From contig JBNKHE010000012.1 of NCBI GenBank assembly GCA_050290185.1, forward strand, positions 1-47,830: a DNA stretch of 47,830 bases, given 5' to 3'. Source of the DNA: Pontiella sp. Lineage in GTDB: Bacteria; Verrucomicrobiota; Kiritimatiellia; Kiritimatiellales; Pontiellaceae. The translations under genes were made by a program, and so were the position numbers. Shown piece after piece: positions 1 to 10,043 of this stretch. The notes beneath the pieces are model-generated. The model searched no databases and had not been told where the DNA came from. It saw only the letters and a program-made list of their open reading frames with translations. Each line of letters opens with the position of its first letter. The first letter of the stretch is position 1.

Positions 1-120
1 GACATCGAGATCCCCTTCCCCCACCGCACGGTCTACTTCGGGGAAAAGAGCAAGCCCTTCGACCTCCAGATTCTTGAGAAGCTTCAGGCGGAGCGCGAAT
101 CCACCAGCCCGGCGGAATAG
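1..120 (+). CDS. C-terminal fragment of MscS-family mechanosensitive channel (partial, runs off the window start)
   Basis: Frame 1 reads DIEIPFPHRTVYFGEK...PAE-stop (TAG 118-120); IEIPFP.R.V is the typical MscS C-terminal motif. Confidence 0.75.
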   Translation, partial: DIEIPFPHRTVYFGEKSKPFDLQILEKLQAERESTSPAE

Positions 121-182
121 CACCATCAAAAGATTTTCCTTATTCGTGTTTATTCGCGTCCATTCATGGTTAAACTTCCCCC

Positions 183-1523
183 ATGCAAAAGCCGGATAAA
201 AAGGTGGCGGTCATTGGCGCGGGGATTACGGGGCTGACGGCGGCGTTCGAGTTGCAGCAGCGCGGGATCGACTGCGTGGTGTACGAGGCATCGGACCGGA
301 TCGGCGGCTGCATCAAGACGGTGAAGGACGACGGATTCCTGGTGGAGTGCGGCCCCAACTCGCTGCTCGATACCCACCCCGATCTAGGCAAGCTGATTGC
401 CCGCCTCGGTTTGGAAGACAAAAAACTGCCCGCCAGCGGCTCCGCACAGAACCGATTTATTGTCCGCGATGGAAAACCGATCGCGCTTCCAACCTCCCCG
501 CCCGCGTTCTTTACGTCGAAAGCGTTTTCGGCCACGGCCAAACTGCGCCTGCTGCGCGAGCCGTTCATTCGAACCAAATCGAATCCATCGGAAAGTCTGG
601 CCGATTTCGTAAAGCGCCGCCTCGGGCAGGAATTTCTCGACTATGCCATCAATCCGTTTGTCAGCGGCGTCTATGCCGGCGATCCCGCCCAACTCGCCAC
701 CTGCCATGCCTTCCCCAAGCTCTATGAGCTGGAACAAAAATACGGATCGTTCATCAAGGGTGCCATCAAAGGCGCCAAGGAACGCAAGAAACGCGCGGAA
801 GTGGCGTCGAAGGATGCGCGCATGTTTACCTTTGACGACGGCATGGACGTCCTGCCGAATCGGCTGGCCGAAAAGCTCGGAGGCATTATCCGCAAGGAAT
901 ATCCGATTGCCGGCATCGAGCGCTTGGAGAGCGGGCGGTGGGATGTCGGAAGCGAAGCCTACAGCGATGTGGTACTGGCCATTCCCGCGCACGCGATGAC
1001 GACACTGAAAACGCCGTTCGATCTTTCAGTGATGGATGAAATCTATTATCCGCCGGTCGTCAGTGTGTCACTCGGGTTCAACGTCAACCAGTTTACCCAT
1101 CCGCTCAACGGATTCGGCATGCTGATTCCGAAGGTTGAAGAGCGCTATTCGCTTGGCGCCCTTTTCCCCTCGTCCATATTTCCCGGCCGCGCACCCGGCG
1201 GGATGGCGTTGCTAACCGTCTTTGTCGGTGGCTCGCAATCCCCCGAACGGGCACTGCAAGGCGAGGATGAAATATTGGCGAACGTGCTAAAGGATCTGCA
1301 CGATCTGCTCGGTCTCGACGGCGAACCGGAATACCAACGCTTCAGTGTCTGGCCGAAGGCGATTCCGCAGTATGTCGTCGGCTACGAAAAATACCTGAAC
1401 CATATGAAACGGATCGAAGCCGACCATCCCGGCATTCATTTTGCCGGCAATTATCGCGACGGCATCTCCGTTGCCAACTCCGTTCTGGGCGGCATCAAGG
1501 TAGCAGAAAGGATTGCGTCATGA
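183..1523 (+). CDS. hemG: Protoporphyrinogen oxidase (HemY/HemG FAD-dependent type)
   Basis: GAGITGL FAD motif, ECGPNS, GVYAGD, AIPQY; its stop overlaps the ferrochelatase start (ATGA). Confidence 0.93.
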   Translation: MQKPDKKVAVIGAGITGLTAAFELQQRGIDCVVYEASDRIGGCIKTVKDDGFLVECGPNSLLDTHPDLGKLIARLGLEDKKLPASGSAQNRFIVRDGKPIALPTSPPAFFTSKAFSATAKLRLLREPFIRTKSNPSESLADFVKRRLGQEFLDYAINPFVSGVYAGDPAQLATCHAFPKLYELEQKYGSFIKGAIKGAKERKKRAEVASKDARMFTFDDGMDVLPNRLAEKLGGIIRKEYPIAGIERLESGRWDVGSEAYSDVVLAIPAHAMTTLKTPFDLSVMDEIYYPPVVSVSLGFNVNQFTHPLNGFGMLIPKVEERYSLGALFPSSIFPGRAPGGMALLTVFVGGSQSPERALQGEDEILANVLKDLHDLLGLDGEPEYQRFSVWPKAIPQYVVGYEKYLNHMKRIEADHPGIHFAGNYRDGISVANSVLGGIKVAERIAS

Positions 1524-2524
1524 AACGTGGTTTTTTACTGATGAACACCGGATCGCCGGATGCACCGACGGAGGATGCATTGCGGGTCTATCTAAAGGAA
1601 TTCCTGATGGATCCCTTCGTGATCGATATTCCGTTCCCGCTACGCTACGCGATTGTCCATTGGGCGATTCTGCCCAAGCGGCCGGCGCAGTCGGCCGAAG
1701 CGTATGAAGCCATCTGGACCAAGAATGGCTCGCCGCTGATTCATTATTGCCGCCAGCTGACCGACGGGTTGAATGCAAAGCTGGATGCACCGGTGGAGAT
1801 GGTAATGGCATACGGAAATCCTTCCGTGAAACAGGGCGTTGAAAAGCTGCTCGATGCGGGAGTGGAGGAAATCGGTCTCTTGCCCATGTTTCCGCACTAT
1901 GCCATGGCGACGACCGGCGGTTGCGTTGCCGGCGTGAAGACCGCCCTGAAGAATCGTGCAAAACTTCGCGTTGCCCCGCCGTTCTACAATGAACCGACCT
2001 ATATCCAACCCATCGCCGAATCGCTCAAGAACGTTGATGAACATATTCTTTTCAGCTACCACGGTTTGCCGTTGCGACATCTGAAGAAGGTCGATCCGAC
2101 ACATCATCACTGCCTGGCTTCGGCCGACTGCTGCAACACGCCATCCATTGCGCACGATACCTGCTATCGCCATCAATGCCTGGCCACTACCCGCGCCATT
2201 GCCAAAGCATCCGGCCTATCGCCGGAACGATACAGCATTTCCTTCCAATCACGGCTCGGCCGCGCAAAGTGGATGGAACCCTATACCGAAGAAACCCTCC
2301 GCAAGTTGCCGGCCCGCGGCATAAAGAAACTGGCCGTAGTCTGCCCCGCATTCTTCTGCGACTGCCTCGAAACCCTTGAAGAGATCGAGATCCGCGGCCA
2401 GGAAACCTTCCTGGAAGCCGGCGGCGAATCATTCCGCATGATCCCCTGCCTCAATGATACCCCGGCCGCATTGCATTGCCTGGAATCGCTGATAGCTGAC
2501 GCGGCAGACTGGCCGGTTCAATGA
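1520..2524 (+). CDS. hemH: Ferrochelatase
   Basis: LLMNTGSP, FSYHGLP, SFQSRLG..W..P, F.CDCLETLEEI motifs. Confidence 0.96.
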   Translation: MKRGFLLMNTGSPDAPTEDALRVYLKEFLMDPFVIDIPFPLRYAIVHWAILPKRPAQSAEAYEAIWTKNGSPLIHYCRQLTDGLNAKLDAPVEMVMAYGNPSVKQGVEKLLDAGVEEIGLLPMFPHYAMATTGGCVAGVKTALKNRAKLRVAPPFYNEPTYIQPIAESLKNVDEHILFSYHGLPLRHLKKVDPTHHHCLASADCCNTPSIAHDTCYRHQCLATTRAIAKASGLSPERYSISFQSRLGRAKWMEPYTEETLRKLPARGIKKLAVVCPAFFCDCLETLEEIEIRGQETFLEAGGESFRMIPCLNDTPAALHCLESLIADAADWPVQ

Positions 2525-2525
2525 G

Positions 2526-3371
2526 ATGAAGCATTTTGAATTTGAGTGCAAGACCCTCGACGAACTGACGCTGCAAGGTCAGGGATGGCATCCCGATGGA
2601 AAAACCAAGGCGGTGGTCTGTCTCATACATGGTCTGGGTGAACATTCCGGGCGCTACGACCACATGGCCGAAGCCTTCAACACTGGCGGCGTGGCGATGC
2701 TTGCATTCGATCTTCGGGGTCACGGGCGATCCGAAGGGCGGCGCGGGCACGCCCCGAACTACGCGCTGCTGATGTCCGATATCAAGCAGTTGTTGAGCGA
2801 GGCGACCATACGCTATCCAAACGTCCCCTGCTTTCTCTATGGGCATAGTCTTGGCGGCAATCTTGCCATATACCATGTGCTCAAAACCCGGCCTGACCTT
2901 GCAGGAGTGATTGTCTCCGCACCCCTGTTTCGGCTGGCCTACAATCCCTCGCAATGGAAGACGGGCATTCTCCGCGGAATGCGTGCCTTGCGGATTAACC
3001 TCTCCATACGCAGTGGGCTTGACGATTCCGCGCTTTCACACGATGAGAATGTGGTCCGCACCTACCGCAATGACCCGTTGACCCATGACCTGATCTCGGC
3101 CCGTCTCGCCATGGACATGCTCCGCTACGGACAATGGGAACTGAAGCATGCAGCGGAGTTTCCCCATTCACTTTTATTGATGCATGGAGAAAACGACCGC
3201 ATCACCTCCGTTTCAGCATCTGTTGAGTTCGCCGAGCGATTGGGCAAGCAGTGCACCTTGAAAATCTGGGAAGGTCTCGACCATGAACTGCATAACGAGC
3301 CCGAACAAAAAGAGGTGTTCGACTATGTATTGGCATGGATCGAGCGTATCGCTCACGAAGCCCAACGTTAA
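2526..3371 (+). CDS. Lysophospholipase / alpha-beta hydrolase
   Basis: HGLGEHSGRY, DLRGHGRS, nucleophile GHSLGG, HELHNE. Confidence 0.9.
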   Translation: MKHFEFECKTLDELTLQGQGWHPDGKTKAVVCLIHGLGEHSGRYDHMAEAFNTGGVAMLAFDLRGHGRSEGRRGHAPNYALLMSDIKQLLSEATIRYPNVPCFLYGHSLGGNLAIYHVLKTRPDLAGVIVSAPLFRLAYNPSQWKTGILRGMRALRINLSIRSGLDDSALSHDENVVRTYRNDPLTHDLISARLAMDMLRYGQWELKHAAEFPHSLLLMHGENDRITSVSASVEFAERLGKQCTLKIWEGLDHELHNEPEQKEVFDYVLAWIERIAHEAQR

Positions 3372-4648
3372 TATAGTCTGGCTTGAATGCGGTAGAAGTG
3401 ATTGCTAGACGGCGCGGTCACGGTCTTGACAGTTTGTGAATCCGAAGCGGTAAACCAAGATATCTCTGTGCCCCAAACCTCATTGGTATCGCCAAGATCA
3501 AGTCGGCGTTGGATCTCATATTCACGATTCGTCGAACTGGTAAATACCAGACGGGTTGCATTGCTATAGACTCCCATGGAGAAAAACGAGCTTCCGTTGG
3601 TTGGAACCGTATCCGCGATCCATTCCTCGTAGTTCGAAAAATGGTCCCCGTCCAGATCGTTAGTGGCGACCATCGACGTTGCATCGCCGCCATACTGCGT
3701 CTCCCACCAGTCCGGCAGACCGTCTCCATCTGCATCATAATCATCCCCTAGAACGGCCTGGATTTCCGCCAAGTGCGCCGCCACATGGGACGAGTAGAAC
3801 GACGCTGGATGTGACGCAGGGATACTTCCCCCTTGCTGCGCATATTGGCCCACTCCCAAATACAGTTTTTCACTATCAGACACCTTGAATGAATAATCGA
3901 AAACCGCCGCAGTAAAGGTTGGGGTAAAGGTTGCGTTGTAACTAAAGGTATTTGGTGAAACATATGAGTTGATGCCTGCCAGCTTCCAGCGTCCATCCGT
4001 AGAATCCTGTATAAAGACCGCCCCGCCGGAATCTTTGTCGGAAAGCATGCATTCGTTCGTACTCCCCGACGCATCAAAATCAACCTTGATTACCGGCTCG
4101 CTGGATCCATATGCGCCAGTCAAAGTGATTACGTCGGTCACACGATTCTCCCCCCACCGCATCACAAAGTCCTTGGCTCCCCACTGCCACCCTTTCACGT
4201 CTCCATTGACATAGACCGCCACGCCACGCTGAGTACCACGCCCGAAAACAACGAGAGGATCATCGTTGTTGATCGTTTTGGAATAGATCGGCGCATAGTA
4301 GGGAAACGCCCCATCGACTTCCCATATAGTGAGATCGCAGCCGGCCAGGTTGGATTTACTCGTAGTCGTATAGGTGGTGCCATTAAAATAGAAGGGTTCT
4401 CCGACAGCAGGACTGCTGATATGCCGGGCTGTGATAAAGAAGTGTGCAGAAATCGGCGTTCCCAAATACTTGTCATTCGATGTGTTCCGGAAGCGCCCCT
4501 GATACTGCCATCCACTATCTACCAACCCGCCGGTTGGTGCATTTGTATTATAGGACGGATCTCCAGTGGAGTAGAACAGTACCGCATGCGCCATATCGGG
4601 CAAGCAACACAGTCCTGCCAGCAGAAAACATGAATACAACCTACGCAT
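3368..4648 (-). CDS. Secreted trypsin-like serine protease with DGDGLPDWWE acidic repeat and C-terminal beta domain
   Basis: Signal peptide from ATG 4648 (MRRLYSCFLLAG...AHA); ITARHI (His), CDLTI (Asp), KDSGG (Ser); DADGDGLPDWWE / DLDGDHFSNYEEW repeats. The ORF track starts it at 4693. Confidence 0.7.
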   Translation of the reverse strand: MRRLYSCFLLAGLCCLPDMAHAVLFYSTGDPSYNTNAPTGGLVDSGWQYQGRFRNTSNDKYLGTPISAHFFITARHISSPAVGEPFYFNGTTYTTTSKSNLAGCDLTIWEVDGAFPYYAPIYSKTINNDDPLVVFGRGTQRGVAVYVNGDVKGWQWGAKDFVMRWGENRVTDVITLTGAYGSSEPVIKVDFDASGSTNECMLSDKDSGGAVFIQDSTDGRWKLAGINSYVSPNTFSYNATFTPTFTAAVFDYSFKVSDSEKLYLGVGQYAQQGGSIPASHPASFYSSHVAAHLAEIQAVLGDDYDADGDGLPDWWETQYGGDATSMVATNDLDGDHFSNYEEWIADTVPTNGSSFFSMGVYSNATRLVFTSSTNREYEIQRRLDLGDTNEVWGTEISWFTASDSQTVKTVTAPSSNHFYRIQARLY

Positions 4649-5012
4649 TAAACCATCCAATCCCTTCCACCTCGAGTCAGGTATTTTGACCACATCATGA
4701 ACAGAATTCCAAAAAAAAAATAGCAGTACTTTTTGCTATGGTCATGACTTGTGGACAGAGAAACAGGACGCAGATAACGGGCCATATCTGGCAAAAACGC
4801 CCTCACGTAAAAAAGACCGAATCTATTCCACATCGCCAGCTTGAACTTTATGTCCCTGCTTGCCGTCAAATAGAAGCATCCACAGATTGTACGGAGTCTC
4901 ACAGATTTTCCTAATCGGGAATTGGTTCAGCCATGAAATCCGCGACTCGAAACAAAGTGGAGAGAGGCTGTTGACTCCAACAGCAATGAAGTGGCAAATC
5001 TGTGGACTTCCC

Positions 5013-5984
5013 ATGAAAATAGACTACACCGATTTTTACCAATTGCTGAAAGGTACGCCTCTTGAACCGTGGATCGAGCTGTTGCCGGAACGCATCGCCC
5101 ACGACTTGCGCTACGAACGCCACGGCCTGCTTCCCCAATGGGAGGAAGCGCTGGAAAGGCTCCCAAACGTAGAAGCGACGCCCTCGTCGCTTTCCACCCG
5201 CATTGAATTGAAAAACGAGGTGCGCGTTGACGGCCCGAAAATTGAAGGTCTGGACGAGTTGCTTAAGGCCTTCCACCCGTGGCGCAAAGGCCCCTATTTC
5301 GTTCACAGCGTTCACATTGACACCGAATGGCGCTCCGACTGGAAATGGGACCGCGTCCTCCCGCACATCCAGCCGCTCGAAGGCCGCACCATTCTCGATG
5401 TCGGGTGCGGCAATGGTTACCACTGCTGGCGCATGGCGGGAGAAGGCGCGAAGCTCGTAATCGGCGTCGATCCCTCCCCCATGTTTGTCTGTCAGTTTTT
5501 TGCCATGAAAAACTTTATTCGCGATCCCCGTGTCTGGGTGCTCCCCTTCGGCATCGAAGACGTACCGGAAACTCCGGAAGCCTTCGACACCGTTTTTTCA
5601 ATGGGCGTGCTGTATCATCGGAAGGATCCGCTCGAACATATCGAACAACTCAAGTCGTTCCTGCGGCCCGGCGGCGAACTGGTCATCGAGACACTGGTGG
5701 TTGACGGACCGGAAGACTTTTCGCTCATCCCCAAAGGCCGCTACGCCAAGATGCGCAACGTCCACGCCATCCCCTCCGTTCCAATGCTTGAAAAATGGCT
5801 GGGCGATTGCGGTCTGGAAAACATCCGTACCGTCGACGTCGGCACAACCTCCACCGACGAACAGCGAGCTACCGACTGGATGACCTTCGAGTCGCTCCCC
5901 GACTTTCTCGACCCAACCGATCCGACCAAAACCATCGAGGGCCACCCCGCCCCCAAACGCGCAGTCGTCGTTGCAAAGGCATGA
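5013..5984 (+). CDS. cmoB: tRNA 5-methoxyuridine/uridine-5-oxyacetic acid(34) carboxymethyltransferase
   Basis: PWRKGP, IDTEWRSDWKW, LDVGCGNGYH, FSMGVLYHR, RYAKMRNV, TIEGHPAP; start moved to ATG 5013. Confidence 0.95.
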   Translation: MKIDYTDFYQLLKGTPLEPWIELLPERIAHDLRYERHGLLPQWEEALERLPNVEATPSSLSTRIELKNEVRVDGPKIEGLDELLKAFHPWRKGPYFVHSVHIDTEWRSDWKWDRVLPHIQPLEGRTILDVGCGNGYHCWRMAGEGAKLVIGVDPSPMFVCQFFAMKNFIRDPRVWVLPFGIEDVPETPEAFDTVFSMGVLYHRKDPLEHIEQLKSFLRPGGELVIETLVVDGPEDFSLIPKGRYAKMRNVHAIPSVPMLEKWLGDCGLENIRTVDVGTTSTDEQRATDWMTFESLPDFLDPTDPTKTIEGHPAPKRAVVVAKA

Positions 5985-6036
5985 GGTAGGGACGGACCAC
6001 GGAGCCGTCTGCCCGTCGGAACAGCGCACCCGACCT
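5985..6036. repeat. Degenerate GTAG-type REP-like element
   Basis: GGTAGG-GACGG-accacggag-CCGTC hairpin, with a degenerate inverted end (cccgacc) just after the cmoB stop. Confidence 0.4.
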
Positions 6037-6081
6037 TTCTTTTTTCGTGCTCTTCGTGTGCTCCATGGTTAATCTCCGACC

Positions 6082-7332
6082 ATGAACCTCTCGAAGTTTG
6101 GCGAAAAGTTTACCCGCAGGGCGGGGATCACGGAACTGATGGACGACCTCGGCGCGGCCATGGCAAACGGCGATATGCTGATGCTCGGCGGCGGCAACCC
6201 GGCCCATATTCCGGAAGTCCAGAAGCGTTTCCGACAGCGCATGGAGGAGATTCTCGACGAGCCGCAAGGCTTCGAGAGCATGATCGGAAACTATGACGGA
6301 TCCCGCGGCAATGCGGCCTTCATCGAAGCCCTCGCCGAAATGCTGCGGGAAACATTCGGCTGGAATATCGGCCCGAAAAACATCGCCCTGACCAACGGCA
6401 GTCAGAATGCCTTCTTCTGCCTGTTCAACCTGTTTGCCGGCGAGATGCCCGACGGCACGAAAAAGAAAATCCTTTTTCCCCTTACACCCGAGTACATCGG
6501 CTACGCCGATGCAGGTCTCTGCGACAACTTCTTCAAGGCGCAGCGCCCGGCCATTGAAATGCTGGACGACGGGCTGTTTAAATACCATGTGGACTTCAGC
6601 GCGCTTGAGATCGGCGACGACATCGGCGCCATCTGTGTCTCGCGACCCACCAACCCCACCGGCAATGTGCTGACCGACGAAGAAATCCTGCATCTGGATC
6701 TTATGGCGCAGGACAAAGGCATCCCGTTCATCATCGACAATGCCTACGGCACACCGTTCCCGGATATTATCTATACCGAAGCCAAACCACGATGGAATGA
6801 AAACACAATCGTCTGTATGAGCCTCTCGAAGTTTGGCCTGCCGAACCTGCGAACAGGCATTGTCATTGCGCGCGAAGAAATTGCTTCGGCCATCGGCGAT
6901 ATCAACGGTGTGATGCATCTCGCGCCCGGAGGGATCGGGCCGCGACTGGCCACCGAGCTGGTGCGCAGCGGAGAAATCATGCAGATGAGCCGCGAAATCG
7001 TGCAGCCCTTCTACAAGCAGAAGGCACAGCACGCACTCGACCTTTTCCGCGAGGAACTGGATGGCATCCCCTGCCGTATCCACAAACCCGAAGGCGCGAT
7101 CTTCCTATGGCTCTGGTTTCAGGAGCTTCCCTGCACGAGCGCCGTTCTGTACGAACGCCTGAAAGCCCGCAACACGCTGGTCATTCCCGGCCACCATTTT
7201 TTCCCGGGGCTGGACAACGAATACTGGCAGCACAAGCATGAGTGCATCCGCGTGACCTACGCCCAGGATGGCTCGGTCGTAGACCAGGGAATCAAGGTAA
7301 TTGCGGACGAAGTTCGAAAGCTTTACGGGTGA
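6082..7332 (+). CDS. avtA: Valine-pyruvate aminotransferase
   Basis: SKFGEKFT..AGI..LMDDL, MLGGGNPA, NIALTNGSQ, PEYIGY, SRPTNPTGNV, SLSK PLP lysine, KPEGAIFLW. Confidence 0.93.
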   Translation: MNLSKFGEKFTRRAGITELMDDLGAAMANGDMLMLGGGNPAHIPEVQKRFRQRMEEILDEPQGFESMIGNYDGSRGNAAFIEALAEMLRETFGWNIGPKNIALTNGSQNAFFCLFNLFAGEMPDGTKKKILFPLTPEYIGYADAGLCDNFFKAQRPAIEMLDDGLFKYHVDFSALEIGDDIGAICVSRPTNPTGNVLTDEEILHLDLMAQDKGIPFIIDNAYGTPFPDIIYTEAKPRWNENTIVCMSLSKFGLPNLRTGIVIAREEIASAIGDINGVMHLAPGGIGPRLATELVRSGEIMQMSREIVQPFYKQKAQHALDLFREELDGIPCRIHKPEGAIFLWLWFQELPCTSAVLYERLKARNTLVIPGHHFFPGLDNEYWQHKHECIRVTYAQDGSVVDQGIKVIADEVRKLYG

Positions 7333-7388
7333 CACGCTTATTGCGCTCCGTTAAAGTTTATCAACTTTGTACAACGTTTGGATTTTCT

Positions 7389-8324
7389 ATGAAAACATAT
7401 CTATTACTCATGATGGTCGGAGCCGCGGCGACCGTGTCTGCCGAAGAGGTTGTCCTGAAAGGCGGAACCAAGATTCAGGCCCCCATTCTGAAACAATCGG
7501 ACGATGCCACCGTGGTTGATCTGGGCTTCGACGTGCTGCGCATCCCGCAAAGTGAAATCCTCGAAACCTACGAAGACACCCCGGTGGAAGGCACTGTTCC
7601 TGTCGTCAGCAACCGGCTTTATACCATCCAGACGCCCGACCGCATTACGACAGGCGAAGCTGTTAAGCTCTACGCCCCGTCCGTCGTAGTCGTCAAGACC
7701 GCCAGCGGACTCGGATCCGGTTTCTTCATTAACAAAGAAGGCTATCTCATCACCAACTTCCATGTAATCGCCGGCGAAAAGAAGATCTCGGTCACCCAGT
7801 TCCTGCAGGAAGGACAGGTTCTGCGCCGCGTCGTATACAAGGAGGTCGAGATTGTTGCCACGGCCCCCTTCCACGACATAGCCATCCTGCGCCTCAAGGA
7901 TCTCAACACAGAAATCACCCCCGTGGTGTTCGCCCCCGAGGAAAAACTCGATATTGGTGAAACCGTCTTTGCCATCGGCAACCCGCTGGGCCTCGAGCGG
8001 ACCGTCACTGAAGGCGTGCTGAGCCAGACGCATCGTAATTTTGGAGGCATCCTCTACCTGCAGGTTGACGCGCCCGTCAATCCAGGAAATTCAGGCGGCC
8101 CCCTCTTCAATGCGCGCGGGCAGGTGATCGGCATCATCAACATGGGCGTTCCGACCATGGAAGGCCTGAACTTCGCCATACCCGCCCGCCACGCGACCTA
8201 TATTCTCGATCACATCGATGCTTTTGCCTACGACGCCAGCAATCCCGAATCCGGCTATGTTTATCCCGACGCACCGCGGCGGCCCGGCACGTTTTCAACC
8301 GAACAACAGGAGACAGCTCAATGA
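7389..8324 (+). CDS. Exported S1C (HtrA-like, no PDZ) serine protease
   Basis: Signal peptide from ATG 7389; GSGFFI, TNFHV, DIAIL, GNPLGL, NPGNSGGPL; no C-terminal PDZ. Confidence 0.88.
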   Translation: MKTYLLLMMVGAAATVSAEEVVLKGGTKIQAPILKQSDDATVVDLGFDVLRIPQSEILETYEDTPVEGTVPVVSNRLYTIQTPDRITTGEAVKLYAPSVVVVKTASGLGSGFFINKEGYLITNFHVIAGEKKISVTQFLQEGQVLRRVVYKEVEIVATAPFHDIAILRLKDLNTEITPVVFAPEEKLDIGETVFAIGNPLGLERTVTEGVLSQTHRNFGGILYLQVDAPVNPGNSGGPLFNARGQVIGIINMGVPTMEGLNFAIPARHATYILDHIDAFAYDASNPESGYVYPDAPRRPGTFSTEQQETAQ

Positions 8325-9994
8325 TCCGACACCTTAAATCCGCTCTCACCCTGACTCTATTACTGTGCGTTGCACCGTCCGCATTCGCCCTGACCCGCTC
8401 CGGGCTGCTTCCCGCAGACACACAATTTGACCTCCGGATTTCCAATACGGTCTCCTTTTGGGATCAGCTCAAAAAATCCCCGCTCGGCAAGCTGTGGATG
8501 GATCAGCAGTTCCAGGATTTCATTGGCAACCCCGATGAAGAGACCTGGAATGAATTCCTGTTCGAAGGCGAAAAATCCGCCGAAGACGAAATGACCATGG
8601 AACAAGTCAAGATGCTCAAGGGCGAGGTGCTCGTCGCACTCGGGAAAGACCCGGAAGAGCTCTACATCATCGCCGCCATGAGTGCGGAGGATTTCGAACG
8701 AAGCCTCTCGCTCGATGAGCGAATGTCGAAAGTCGCAGAAGAACCCTTTGATATCGTTAAAAGTGACTTCCAAGGCATTGAGGTCATCCAGCACATCACG
8801 CATCCCGGTGCCGAAGAAGACGGCAGTATCTGGCAGGCACACCTGAAAAACACCCTGATCCTGGGGCCGAACCGGACATGGCTGGAAAAATCCATCACCC
8901 GCCTGAAAGAGGAAGCCGTGGAAGAACCCGAAGGCAACCCGGTTCTCGACTTCAACCTGCCGTTGTCCACCCTCATTAAAGAAGCCGTGGCAGAGGCGGA
9001 ATCCGAAGAACAATCCACCCCCGGCGTCAACACGACCGCCCTGTTTGAATCGCTTGGCCTGATGGGCATCGAAAAGTTTTCGATTCACGCGGAACTCAAA
9101 GACAATGAAATGACCGTGGACAACAACCTCGTGGCCACCGGGCTCGACCACGGCATTTTTACGATTCTGAACATGGCGCCCGCCGAACTGCCCACCGTTG
9201 GATTCATCCCGGCAAACATCTCCCTGCTCGAGGTTGGCCGGCTGGATCTGCTTCGGTTCTGGCAGGAGATTCCCACCATACTGATGGCAGCCATGCCCGA
9301 AGCAAAGCCCCAGTTCGACATGGCATTGGGTATGATACGCCAGCAAACCGGAGTCGACCTCGAGCACGATCTGCTCACCTATCTCGGCAACCAGTACCTC
9401 AGCTTTTCCATCATGGAAAACGAAGCGCTCAACACGGTAATCGCACTCGAGCTCCGGGACGGACAGGCTTTCAAGCAGGGACTTGAAACCATCCTGAATG
9501 CACCAACCGTTCAGCCGCAAATCGCCATGGCTCTCGACACCGTCGACTTTCTCGACCACACCCTGTACGTGAGTAAGAATACCCCGCCGGAGGACAGTTT
9601 TGCCTTCGCTGTTAGCGGCCACTACCTGCTGTATGGACAGCCCGATGGAGTGCGGCAGGTGCTCCGCAGCGAATCCAGCGAAACCGCCGTCAATCCCCAG
9701 CTTGAGCAAACCGAGCTTGTACAGGGACTGCGTCGCTATACCCCCCAGAATGCTTTTGGCTACAGTGCGGTCGACTGGAAGAAAAACATGATCTTCCTGA
9801 TTCGTGAACTAACCCGGCCGCAGTATACCCGGATGATCCTCGGGCAATGGGCCACCAGCGGTTCCCCGATTCCCCCGCCGGATATGAACAAACTCCCTTC
9901 CACCGACCATCTCGCATCGTTCTTCAACATGAGCTACCAGTATATTGAAAAGACCGACCGCGGTCTGCACCAGAAGATTACGATTAAATACTAA
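8321..9994 (+). CDS. Exported hypothetical protein (557 aa, acidic)
   Basis: Long ORF with signal peptide (...PSAFA), start overlaps the upstream stop (ATGA). Confidence 0.75.
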   Translation: MIRHLKSALTLTLLLCVAPSAFALTRSGLLPADTQFDLRISNTVSFWDQLKKSPLGKLWMDQQFQDFIGNPDEETWNEFLFEGEKSAEDEMTMEQVKMLKGEVLVALGKDPEELYIIAAMSAEDFERSLSLDERMSKVAEEPFDIVKSDFQGIEVIQHITHPGAEEDGSIWQAHLKNTLILGPNRTWLEKSITRLKEEAVEEPEGNPVLDFNLPLSTLIKEAVAEAESEEQSTPGVNTTALFESLGLMGIEKFSIHAELKDNEMTVDNNLVATGLDHGIFTILNMAPAELPTVGFIPANISLLEVGRLDLLRFWQEIPTILMAAMPEAKPQFDMALGMIRQQTGVDLEHDLLTYLGNQYLSFSIMENEALNTVIALELRDGQAFKQGLETILNAPTVQPQIAMALDTVDFLDHTLYVSKNTPPEDSFAFAVSGHYLLYGQPDGVRQVLRSESSETAVNPQLEQTELVQGLRRYTPQNAFGYSAVDWKKNMIFLIRELTRPQYTRMILGQWATSGSPIPPPDMNKLPSTDHLASFFNMSYQYIEKTDRGLHQKITIKY

Positions 9995-10043
9995 GTACAC
10001 GGGATAACCGTGTGGATCACGAATACCGCATCAGGAACTCAGT

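Noticed and set aside
4711..4720. A10 tract as a phase-variable promoter
   Set aside because: I could not place convincing -35/-10 elements around it; a single sequence gives no evidence of length variation.
4860..5012. N-terminal extensions in the ORF track for cmoB (also the S1C protease 7242, pirin 15256, thiS 27496, blaI 33084, oxidoreductase 36768)
   Set aside because: Family homology, signal peptides or RBS position point to later ATGs; the extensions cover intergenic or regulatory DNA.
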